The translations under genes and the position numbers were made by a program. From an uncultured Candidatus Saccharibacteria bacterium (GTDB lineage: Bacteria; Patescibacteriota; Minisyncoccia; Phycocordibacterales; PALSA-1337): 64,000 bases of DNA. The DNA lies in the NCBI GenBank assembly GCA_964543075.1, contig CAZIVT010000002.1, positions 3,089 to 67,088 on the forward strand, in the 5' to 3' direction. Positions 24,802-34,833 of the stretch are shown here, piece after piece (position 1 is the first letter of the stretch; each line of letters opens with the position of its first letter). A model generated the notes under the pieces. It was not told where the DNA came from, ran no database searches, and was given only the letters and a program-made list of their open reading frames with translations.

Positions 24802-25347
24802 ATGAATAAAAATTCCCTCCGCAGGGTAGACCTGCGTACGCAGGTCTACCCTGCGGAAAAAGCTTTTACTATCATCGAGCTTCTCGTCGTGATCGCCATC
24901 ATCGCGCTCTTGACCGGTATCATCATGACCAACCTGACTTCCGCGAAGTCTCGTGCCAGGGATGCCAAGAGGATATCGGATATGGGGCAGATCGCTCTGG
25001 CGCTCGAGCTTTTCTATGATAGGTGTGGATCGTATCCTATAGCAGAGGGGTATCTTAGTCTTTCAGAAGACGCCAATGGATATTGCCCTAGTGGTGTGAC
25101 ATTTGAAGATTTTATGTCTGTTATTCCTTCCAATCCAGCTCCATATGATCTACCATATTACTACTATAATGCCCCTAGTGATGAGGTTGATTTCAAGGCA
25201 AAGAAATACCTGCTACGTGTCACCTTAGAAGGGAGCAACTCGGTATTGGATGATGATGTCGATAGTATACCAATAGCGGATTGGCCTGATATAGCCAGTA
25301 ACTTTTGTTCTGATGCCTCGAACGCCTACTGCATAATCGGAAATTAG
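24802..25347 (+). CDS. Type IV pilin-like protein with a REP-encoded leader segment
   Basis: MNKNSLRRVDLRTQVYPAEKA then FTIIELLVVIAIIALL. TATAAT-N6-ATG at 24790-24804. There is no alternative start between the REP and the FTIIE motif. Confidence 0.8.
   Translation: MNKNSLRRVDLRTQVYPAEKAFTIIELLVVIAIIALLTGIIMTNLTSAKSRARDAKRISDMGQIALALELFYDRCGSYPIAEGYLSLSEDANGYCPSGVTFEDFMSVIPSNPAPYDLPYYYYNAPSDEVDFKAKKYLLRVTLEGSNSVLDDDVDSIPIADWPDIASNFCSDASNAYCIIGN
24818..24857. repeat. REP element copy 3 (40-bp perfect palindrome) inside a prepilin leader
   Basis: TCCGCAGGGTAGACCTGCGTACGCAGGTCTACCCTGCGGA. Confidence 0.9.
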
Positions 25348-25348
25348 C

Positions 25349-26155
25349 TTGACTACTGTAACTTATCTCCTCCTCCCGTTCATATTCGGTGCCATAGTCG
25401 GCAGTTTTCTCAATGTCGTTGCCTTACGATTCGGGACCGGAAAAGGGATCGGAGGACGTTCGGGTTGTATGAATTGCGGCAAGAAGCTCGGTTGGCGCGA
25501 GCTGATACCGATCGTGAGCTTCTTTTTTCAGAAGGGTCGATGCAGGGAGTGCGGGAGCAAGATATCGTGGCAGTATCCGCTGGTAGAATTCATGACGGGC
25601 GCTATGTTCGCCTTGATCTTCTTGACCTTCCCGCCGTTCGATGTCGTGTCATCGGTGATGACGGTACTCCATATCATTGCGGCTTGTCTGCTGCTGGTTA
25701 TCTGTGTCTATGACATCAAGCACAAGATCATACCCGACGTGTTCTCATATGCTTTTTCTGGTATCGCACTCATCTCTCTCTTCGTCGGCGGATGGTCCTG
25801 GTGGCATGTTCCGAGCTGGTGGCAGATCATCGCCGGACCGCTCGCCGCTGTGCCGTTTGCGCTGATCTGGCTCGTCTCTCGTGGCAGATGGATGGGCCTC
25901 GGCGACGCCAAGCTGATGCTCGGCATCGGCTGGTTCCTCGGGATATCAGGGGCTGTCAATGCCATCATCTTGGCTTTCTGGATAGCCGCCGCAGTCAGCA
26001 TCATATGGATGCTCGTCACCTATAGGCGCTTCAAACGGGGAATGGAGATACCGTTCGGTCCCTACCTCATCGTGGGTATGTACGCCGTGCTCTTATTCGG
26101 GATCCAGGCGATAGATACGGGGATGCTCATGGAGCTTTTTACTTGGTATAATTGA
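25349..26155 (+). CDS. pilD: Prepilin peptidase / N-methyltransferase (A24 family)
   Basis: TTG start. LNVVALRF, Cys-pair zinc motif CMNCGKKL...CRECGSKI, and DVFSY / GLGDAKLM aspartyl motifs. Confidence 0.9.
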   Translation: MTTVTYLLLPFIFGAIVGSFLNVVALRFGTGKGIGGRSGCMNCGKKLGWRELIPIVSFFFQKGRCRECGSKISWQYPLVEFMTGAMFALIFLTFPPFDVVSSVMTVLHIIAACLLLVICVYDIKHKIIPDVFSYAFSGIALISLFVGGWSWWHVPSWWQIIAGPLAAVPFALIWLVSRGRWMGLGDAKLMLGIGWFLGISGAVNAIILAFWIAAAVSIIWMLVTYRRFKRGMEIPFGPYLIVGMYAVLLFGIQAIDTGMLMELFTWYN

Positions 26156-26159
26156 CCAT

Positions 26160-26765
26160 ATGCATAGTCCAAAAGAACAGCATGCTTTGAGATCAGTACA
26201 GTGTCCTCGACATGAACAGAAGAGTCGCGCGGGATTCACACTGGTCGAGCTCATAGTATCCGTGGCGATATTTGCCGTGATGACGGCCTTGGTAGTGGCG
26301 AAATATGGCAACTTCAATAACAACATACTGTTCACCAATCTCGCGTATGACGTCGCTGGCATCATCAGGACCGCCCAGTCATATGGACTGAGCGTGAGGA
26401 GCGCGGACGATGTGGGCAATTTCCAATCCGCCTACGGTGTGCATATATCTACCGACCAGCCCAAGACCATCATCTTCTTCGCTGATACGGATGAGGACGG
26501 CATCTATGGCGGCTCGAGCGAGGACATCAGCTTTTATGCGCTCAAGCAAGGGGCATATATCGTCGGATATTGCTTTGTGCCCTCATGTCAGGGATATGCC
26601 AATGGAGACCTCAATATCACGTTCAAGAGGCCTGATCCGGATGCGAGGTTGTATGATAGCGAGTTCCTCATCGGGAATTATGCCGAGATAGTCATCCAGT
26701 CACCCCAAGGAGATACGCGCGCGATAGTCGTCCGTGGCAACGGACAGATATCGATCAAAGACTAG
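26160..26765 (+). CDS. Minor pilin / pseudopilin (FimT/GspH-like)
   Basis: Long leader ending SRAG, then FTLVELIVSVAIFAVM. TATAAT-N7-ATG. Confidence 0.75.
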   Translation: MHSPKEQHALRSVQCPRHEQKSRAGFTLVELIVSVAIFAVMTALVVAKYGNFNNNILFTNLAYDVAGIIRTAQSYGLSVRSADDVGNFQSAYGVHISTDQPKTIIFFADTDEDGIYGGSSEDISFYALKQGAYIVGYCFVPSCQGYANGDLNITFKRPDPDARLYDSEFLIGNYAEIVIQSPQGDTRAIVVRGNGQISIKD

Positions 26766-26830
26766 CGAAGTGACCGAGAGGCCGCTGTGATGTTAGGCGT
26801 TCGGGATAGTTACTTGGTATAATCATGACG

Positions 26831-27484
26831 ATGAATCATCCCCAGAGATCGAACACGATAGGCGCGCAAGGATGTCGCGAGCGCGGCTTCACACTCGTCG
26901 AGATGATCGTGGCGCTCGCCATCTTCTCCATCGTCTCCGTGGTGGCGCTCGGCGCGTTGGTCAAGATCGTCTCCGCCAACAAAAAGGCCCAGAGCCTCCA
27001 GTCGTCGATCAGCAACTTGAGCTTCGCGCTCGATGCCATGTCTCGCGAGCTGCGTACCGGCAAGAATTATCATTGCGAGAGCAATGATGGTAGTCCGAAC
27101 TATACAGGAGAAGACATAGACTTATTGGGATGTCCGTCTGGATTGAGCGATCGAGAGACTGCCACGTTGCTCGGGTTCGCTTCGGCCAAGCGCATACCGG
27201 ATAGTAGTGGCACCTGCGCCGCTGCCTATGCGTATCGGTTCCGTCCCGAGGGGAGCGTGTATGTCCTGGAGAAAGCTGTTCAGACAGACTGCGATGAAGG
27301 CATCAGCTCTACCGACTTCGAGAATATCATCGACGAGAACGTCGAGATCACTGGGTATTTTCTCTCCGTCCAAGAAGACGAGTATCCTCGAGTGACCGTA
27401 CGCATCTCCGGGTATTCTGGCGTGAGGGAGAGGGAGAAGACCTACTTTGACGTGCAGACGACGATATCGCAACGCGTCCCATAA
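26831..27484 (+). CDS. Minor pilin / pseudopilin (PilW/GspJ-like)
   Basis: ...CRERG then FTLVEMIVALAIFSIV. Start set at the second ATG (26831), which is 7 nt after TATAAT. ATG 26825 is the alternative. Confidence 0.75.
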   Translation: MNHPQRSNTIGAQGCRERGFTLVEMIVALAIFSIVSVVALGALVKIVSANKKAQSLQSSISNLSFALDAMSRELRTGKNYHCESNDGSPNYTGEDIDLLGCPSGLSDRETATLLGFASAKRIPDSSGTCAAAYAYRFRPEGSVYVLEKAVQTDCDEGISSTDFENIIDENVEITGYFLSVQEDEYPRVTVRISGYSGVREREKTYFDVQTTISQRVP

Positions 27485-27488
27485 TCTC

Positions 27489-28067
27489 ATGACTATCTTC
27501 AACCACCAATCTTCAACCGTCGATTCCCGCAGGGTAGACCTGCGTACGCAGGTCTACCCTGCGGGGGCGAGTTCCGGCTTTACCATCATCGAGACGTTGG
27601 TGGCGATAACTGTGCTGATGATCGCTATCGCCGGGCCGCTGGTCGTAGCGACCAAGGGTCTCGCCGCGGCGCAGACTTCCAAGAATCAGATGATCGCCAC
27701 CTATCTCGCGCAAGAGACCATGGAGATCGCCAAGAATACCAAAGACAATAACATCGCCTCAGGTGCGGCATGGGATGAGCTGCTCAACGAATGCTCGGAG
27801 AGCTCGCCGTGCGATATGAGCCCGTTCGACGATTATATATTATGCCCGGAATCCCAGTACCAAGGCCAGGGATGCAGGATCTATTTCACTCCGGAGTTCG
27901 GGTATGTCAATTCTGCCACCGGAGATTCGACCCCGTTCTACCGCAAGTTCTATATCGAGCCGATCGGCAGCAGTGAGATATCCGTCAACGTCATGGTCAA
28001 TTGGAGGGAAGGGGCTCTTCCATATCAGGTTCATATTACCAATCAAATGCTCAATACTACCCGATGA
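27489..28067 (+). CDS. Minor pilin / pseudopilin (PilV/GspI-like) with a REP-encoded leader segment
   Basis: MTIFNHQSSTVDSRRVDLRTQVYPAGASSG then FTIIETLVAITVLMIAI. Start moved to the first ATG after the upstream stop. Confidence 0.75.
   Translation: MTIFNHQSSTVDSRRVDLRTQVYPAGASSGFTIIETLVAITVLMIAIAGPLVVATKGLAAAQTSKNQMIATYLAQETMEIAKNTKDNNIASGAAWDELLNECSESSPCDMSPFDDYILCPESQYQGQGCRIYFTPEFGYVNSATGDSTPFYRKFYIEPIGSSEISVNVMVNWREGALPYQVHITNQMLNTTR
27526..27565. repeat. REP element copy 4 (40-bp perfect palindrome) inside a prepilin leader
   Basis: CCCGCAGGGTAGACCTGCGTACGCAGGTCTACCCTGCGGG. Confidence 0.9.
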
Positions 28068-28558
28068 TGAAACGAGGCTACACACTCCTGTTCGCGGTGA
28101 TCACAGCGGCCTTGGTGCTCGGTGTGGCGGTGTTCATCATCTCGGTCAGCAAGAAGCAGTATGATCTCTCGATCTCTGCCCGCGATTCTATCTACGCGCT
28201 CTACGCCGCCGACAGTGGCATCGAATGCGCGGCCTTCGCTCTCGAGGGCGGCCAGCTCGAGCTCGACGGGACGCCGATCGTAGAATGCAATAATGAGTTT
28301 GCTTCAGGCGCATTTCAGAATATAGGCAATCCCGATGACACGATCTGGAACAGCGATACCGTCGATGAGGCGTCCGATCTGTACATTCCGTTCGAAGATG
28401 GCCGATGCGCTCTCATCACGGTCACGTACGGTCTCAACAAGGACGACGTCCCGGTCGTTCGTATCGTCTCTCGAGGTTATAACCAATGCGATAGCTCCGG
28501 CCCTAGGCCGAGCGCCCGCACTGTCGAGCGCGCGTTCCGTCTGACCAAGACTATTTGA
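28064..28558 (+). CDS. PilX-like minor pilus protein
   Basis: Start MMKRGYTLLFAVITAALVLGVAVFII overlaps the upstream stop (ATGATGA). Its N-terminal hydrophobic segment lacks the G/F cleavage motif, as in PilX-N proteins. Confidence 0.5.
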   Translation: MMKRGYTLLFAVITAALVLGVAVFIISVSKKQYDLSISARDSIYALYAADSGIECAAFALEGGQLELDGTPIVECNNEFASGAFQNIGNPDDTIWNSDTVDEASDLYIPFEDGRCALITVTYGLNKDDVPVVRIVSRGYNQCDSSGPRPSARTVERAFRLTKTI

Positions 28559-28563
28559 CGCAG

Positions 28564-28590
28564 GACGCAGGTCTACCCTGCGTACGCAGG
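28564..28590. repeat. Partial/permuted REP
   Basis: ACGCAGGTCTACCCTGCGTACGCAGGT is the right REP half followed by the start of another right half, 6 nt after the pilX-like stop. Confidence 0.7.
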
Positions 28591-28605
28591 TTCTGCTATC
28601 CTTAG

Positions 28606-30879
<2,274 letters not shown>

Positions 30880-31282
30880 CAAGAAAGTTGTCACTTTTTT
30901 GATGTCGTGGTAGTAGAGCATGGGGAGCTCCCTGTCGCCGTATTCATCGCAACAAAAAAAGATACGGTTTGCTCCTGCCCCACCATCCCGCCACCCAAAA
31001 ATCCTCACCTTGCCGTCGTTCGGTCATCCATCGCAACAAAAAAGATACGACCGGCTCCGCCCCGCCACTCTCGGCCGCCTCCCCACAGTGATCTCCATTC
31101 CCGCCGAGATTTTCATGTACATTTGATGAGATATGTGTTTTGATATCTCAGCCTTTTAAGCCACACCCCGCCACGGTGGGGTGAATGCCACAAGTCAAAA
31201 GTGAAAATAGCGACTAAGATTTTTGACAGAATTATCGCCGACTTATTTGTTGCTATGCTTTTCGCATGGTACACTCACAACC

Positions 31283-31573
31283 ATGATAACCACCCAAGAG
31301 GTCGAGAAATTGGCGGCGCTGGCTCGCATCAAGCTCTCCGATGCCGACAAGGCATCGCTGACGGATGAGTTCGGCTCCATCCTCGCCTATGTCGATCAGC
31401 TCAAGAAGGCCGATGTATCTCTCGACGCCGAGGGTCGCGTCGGCGCGGTCAGGAATGTCATGCGTGCCGATGAGTCCGCCCCGATTTCTTCTGGAGATCG
31501 AGAGGCGCTTCTCGCTGAAGCTCCGGACAGAGAAGGCGATCATATCGCGGTCAAGAAGATCATAGCGCAGTAG
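31283..31573 (+). CDS. gatC: Glutamyl/aspartyl-tRNA amidotransferase subunit C
   Basis: Start moved to MITTQEVEKLAALARIKLSDAD (TACACT-N7-ATG). Typical GatC sequence (ILAYVDQL). Confidence 0.85.
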   Translation: MITTQEVEKLAALARIKLSDADKASLTDEFGSILAYVDQLKKADVSLDAEGRVGAVRNVMRADESAPISSGDREALLAEAPDREGDHIAVKKIIAQ

Positions 31574-31609
31574 CGATACGAATACTACGAATAATGCGAA
31601 TAACGACGA

Positions 31610-33163
31610 ATGCCAATAGACTTACAAAATCTGACGATCGTGAAAGCGCATGAAGCGCTCAAGAAGGGCGAATTCACTTCGGTCGAATTGACGCAGGCGT
31701 ATCTGGATCAAATTGCCGCACGCAACGGCGACATCTACGCATATCTGGAGGTCTTCGAAGACGCGATAGATCAGGCCAAGGAGGCGGATAAGAAAATACA
31801 AGGATTGATCTCGCCAACGGCGGGGTTGACCCCGCCTGTGGCGGGGTTGAAAGAAGGAAAGATTGAAAGATTGAAAGATTCGGATACAGCCGCGGATTTC
31901 CCGATGTTGCTGGGCATCCCGTGCGCGATCAAAGATAATATCCTCATCAAGGGCCACATCGCCAGTTCAGCGTCCAAGATATTGGAGCGATATCATGCGA
32001 CCTACGATGCCACGGTCATCCGCAAGCTCAAGGAGGCCGGCGCGGTCTTCCTCGGACGCACCAATATGGACGAATTCGCTATGGGCGGCTCGACCGAGAA
32101 CTCCGCCTATGGTCCGACTAGGAATCCGCACGATCTCGAACGCGTTCCAGGCGGGACCTCGGGAGGATCGGCAGCTGTCGTAGCGGCGGACATGGCATTG
32201 TTTGCGCTCGGCTCGGATACAGGAGGATCGATCAGACAACCTTCGAGCTTTTGTGGTGTGGTAGGGATCAAACCGACATACGGCAATGTATCACGATATG
32301 GTCTGATGGCGGCTGTTTCGTCATTTGACCAGATTGGTCCGATAGTCAAGACGGTCGAAGATGCCGAAATAGTATTTGATGTGATCAAAGGGAAGGATGA
32401 GAAGGATGGAACAAGTCAAAATTCTCCCGCCTCCGCTCCACTCCGCGAAGCTTCGGCGGGCAAGCAATTCCCAATTCCCAATTCCCAATTCCAACACAGG
32501 CAAGATCGATTGCGTATAGGTATTCCGAAACACTTCTTGAAAGGAGATGGCATCGATCCGGCGGTCGTGAAGGCGTTCGAATCTTCGGTGGAAGCGCTTA
32601 AAGCTAAGGGATATGAGGTGATCGATATCGAGTTACCGAATATCTCGTATTCATTACCTGCATATTATATTCTGAACTTTGCGGAAATATCGTCCAACAT
32701 GGCGCGCTATGATGGTATGAGATTCGGTCTCCATGTAGATGGCGCGGACGGCATCGGCGACTATTTCGAGACGCGCAAGGCGGGCTTAGGCAAGGAGGTC
32801 ATCCGCCGCATCTTGCTCGGCACCTATGTACTCTCGTCAGGATACTACGACGCCTATTACAATCGCGCCAATGCCGTGCGCCGGATGATCACCGAGGACT
32901 TCACCAAAGCATTTCAGTCAGTCGACGTCATCGCCACGCCGACCACGCCATCTCCTGCGTTCAAACTCGGCGAGAAGACGAGCGATCCGGTGGCGATGTA
33001 TCTGGAAGATATATTCACCGTGACGGCAAACCTGACGGGCATGCCGGCCATCTCCGTGCCGATGAAGACCGACGGATTGCCCGTAGGCATCCAGTTCACC
33101 GCGCCACAGGGAGGGGAGAGCGCTCTATTTGAGATCGGAAAAGAGACGGAGATAGTCGAGTAG
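31610..33163 (+). CDS. gatA: Glutamyl/aspartyl-tRNA amidotransferase subunit A with two extra in-frame segments
   Basis: Amidase signature GGSSGGSAA-like GGTSGGSAAVVAA, GSDTGGSIRQP and KDNI. Confidence 0.95.
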   Translation: MPIDLQNLTIVKAHEALKKGEFTSVELTQAYLDQIAARNGDIYAYLEVFEDAIDQAKEADKKIQGLISPTAGLTPPVAGLKEGKIERLKDSDTAADFPMLLGIPCAIKDNILIKGHIASSASKILERYHATYDATVIRKLKEAGAVFLGRTNMDEFAMGGSTENSAYGPTRNPHDLERVPGGTSGGSAAVVAADMALFALGSDTGGSIRQPSSFCGVVGIKPTYGNVSRYGLMAAVSSFDQIGPIVKTVEDAEIVFDVIKGKDEKDGTSQNSPASAPLREASAGKQFPIPNSQFQHRQDRLRIGIPKHFLKGDGIDPAVVKAFESSVEALKAKGYEVIDIELPNISYSLPAYYILNFAEISSNMARYDGMRFGLHVDGADGIGDYFETRKAGLGKEVIRRILLGTYVLSSGYYDAYYNRANAVRRMITEDFTKAFQSVDVIATPTTPSPAFKLGEKTSDPVAMYLEDIFTVTANLTGMPAISVPMKTDGLPVGIQFTAPQGGESALFEIGKETEIVE

Positions 33164-33250
33164 TACTTAGCTACTTGGGTACATAGTTTTCGCTACTAGA
33201 TCTAGATGCAGAAACTATGTAACTGGGTACTATGTAACTATGTAACTATT
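33164..33250. repeat. Intergenic word-repeat hairpin element H4 (same family as H2)
   Basis: TCGCTACTAGATCTAGATGCAGAAACTATGTAACTGGGTACTATGTAACTA. It differs from H2 mainly by a CTAGAT duplication. Confidence 0.7.
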
Positions 33251-33267
33251 TTATATAATATACCCAT

Positions 33268-33882
33268 ATGCCTCCTTCGGAGTTCACAGACCCGTCTCCC
33301 CATATATCGATCGGCCCACCACAGGTCGACATCATGTCGTCTCTAGATACGGCGTATCAAGCTTTTCTCGCGTGGTTGCCGGCGCTGACGTCGATCCTCA
33401 AGTCAGCGTTCGGTGTCTTGGTGGGCCTCTCATTCCCGATATCGCTCTTTTTCCTGATCGTCATCATCTACTGCGTGGAACAGCTCAAGTATATCCGTAA
33501 GAGGGAGGAGCTCATATACGACACGCGGACCGAACCCGCGTATCAGGAACAAGAGGGAGGAGATCCAAAGCTCGCGCATCAGTGGTCGAGCGTGATACGG
33601 CACATCGAGTCTCCCAACGAGAACGATTGGAAGCAGGCGATCCTTGAGGCAGATATGATCCTCGGTGACATCCTGACTGCCATGGGCTATAGGGGAGAGA
33701 GCATCGGGGAGAAGCTCAAGCGGGTCAGTCTCGGCGATATGAAGTCTCTCGACGATGCCTGGGAGGCGCACAAAGTCCGCAATGACATCGCGCATCGACC
33801 TGGTTTCTCCATCAACCAGTATGATGCCCGACAGGTCATCGCTCGATACCGCAAGGTCTTCGAGGAGTTCTACTACATTTGA
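33268..33882 (+). CDS. Hypothetical membrane protein
   Basis: 204 aa with two N-terminal TM segments and a soluble helical C-domain. TATAAT-N8-ATG. Confidence 0.5.
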   Translation: MPPSEFTDPSPHISIGPPQVDIMSSLDTAYQAFLAWLPALTSILKSAFGVLVGLSFPISLFFLIVIIYCVEQLKYIRKREELIYDTRTEPAYQEQEGGDPKLAHQWSSVIRHIESPNENDWKQAILEADMILGDILTAMGYRGESIGEKLKRVSLGDMKSLDDAWEAHKVRNDIAHRPGFSINQYDARQVIARYRKVFEEFYYI

Positions 33883-33885
33883 TAC

Positions 33886-33988
33886 AGATATACGAATGCA
33901 TGCAAATCTACGAATAACTACGAATAGCGCAATCGCCATTCGCAGTTATTCGCATCATTCGAATAATTCGTATATTCGTATCGTGCGT
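33886..33988. repeat. Intergenic word-repeat hairpin element H9 (CGAATA-word family)
   Basis: Long imperfect inverted repeat ...CTACGAATAACTACGAATAGCGC AATC GCCATTCGCAGTTATTCGCATC.... A single-arm relative lies at 31574..31609. Confidence 0.6.
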
Positions 33989-33992
33989 ACGT

Positions 33993-34064
33993 GTTGCGGG
34001 GGCCGGAATCGAACCGGCAATTTTCAGGTTATGAGCCTGACGGGTTACCGTTACCCTACCCCGC
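33993..34064 (-). tRNA. tRNA-Met (CAT); the C1-A72 mismatch suggests an initiator
   Basis: Manual fold: CGCGGGG acceptor with C1 opposite A72, D arm GGGT/ACCC, anticodon arm TCAGG-CTCATAA-CCTGA, T arm GCCGG-TTCGATT-CCGGC. Ends are +/- 1 nt. Confidence 0.8.
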
Positions 34065-34179
34065 GATGTGAGGGCTCATTGTGTCATATTATAGCGTCTG
34101 ATGCAAGACCACGGATCGCGCCTCGAGGTGCGACCTTGATTTGCGCAAAGCCGTTTTTTCATCTATTGTATCTCCATCT

Positions 34180-34253
34180 GTCGGCGTAGCTCAGTTGGTT
34201 AGAGCGTGGGACTCATAAGCCCAAGGTCGGAGGTTCGATCCCTCCCGCCGACA
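34180..34253 (+). tRNA. tRNA with CAT anticodon (elongator Met or lysidine-modified Ile2)
   Basis: Acceptor GTCGGCG/CGCCGAC, anticodon loop CTCATAA, T arm GGAGG-TTCGATC-CCTCC. Confidence 0.8.
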
Positions 34254-34324
34254 CATCATGTTTTCTTGTGTTTTCCGCTCTTTTTGTTACACTAGGTCAC
34301 GTTCGTGCTTTGTATAGGGAATAT

Positions 34325-34399
34325 GCAGCTGTAGCTCAATCTGGTTAGAGCACTCCCCTGTCACGGGAGAGGTTGCGGGTTCGAGCCCCGTCAGCTGCG
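34325..34399 (+). tRNA. tRNA-Asp (GTC)
   Basis: Acceptor GCAGCTG/CAGCTGC, anticodon arm CTCCC-CTGTCAC-GGGAG, T arm GCGGG-TTCGAGC-CCCGT. Confidence 0.88.
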
Positions 34400-34484
34400 C
34401 ACTGCTCCGCTCTGCATACGCAGAGCTTCGCAGCGCAAGCATTGTGCTTGCCCTGCGAAGCTCGACGAAGTCGAGCGGATCAGG

Positions 34485-34560
34485 GCCGATGTAGCTCAGC
34501 TGGTAGAGCATTCCCATGGTAAGGGAAAGGTCTCCGGTTCAATCCCGGACATCGGCTCCA
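34485..34560 (+). tRNA. tRNA-Thr (GGT), CCA encoded
   Basis: Acceptor GCCGATG/CATCGGC, anticodon arm TTCCC-ATGGTAA-GGGAA, T arm TCCGG-TTCAATC-CCGGA, then TCCA. Confidence 0.88.
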
Positions 34561-34656
34561 CTGTTCCGATCCTCACGAGCTCGGAGTTTCGCAGTGCGGG
34601 CAACATATATGTGCCTGCTCTGCGAAGTCCCGAACGAGAGTGAGGGGCGGATCAGG

Positions 34657-34729
34657 GCCGAAGTAGCTCAGTTGGTAGAGCACTCGCTTCGTAAGCGAGT
34701 TGTCGCGAGTTCGATCCTCGCCTTCGGCT
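34657..34729 (+). tRNA. tRNA-Thr (CGT)
   Basis: Acceptor GCCGAAG/CTTCGGC, anticodon arm CTCGC-TTCGTAA-GCGAG, T arm GCGAG-TTCGATC-CTCGC. Confidence 0.88.
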
Positions 34730-34833
34730 CAAGAGAAATTCAAAAATTAAATTTATCCCGCCTTGGCGGGACAGGCAAAAATCAAAAGTGAAAGCGCAAC
34801 GACAGATATTTTCACTATCAGTATACCCTGACT

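Noticed and set aside
15784-28558. A secretin or outer-membrane component of the pilus
   Set aside because: No ORF in or near the cluster has secretin-like features. This absence is reported as an observation, not as a feature.
33755-34791. ORFs 33755..34189, 34287..34517 (minus strand) and 34516..34791
   Set aside because: They run through the tRNA genes and their structured spacers, and they have no protein-like features.
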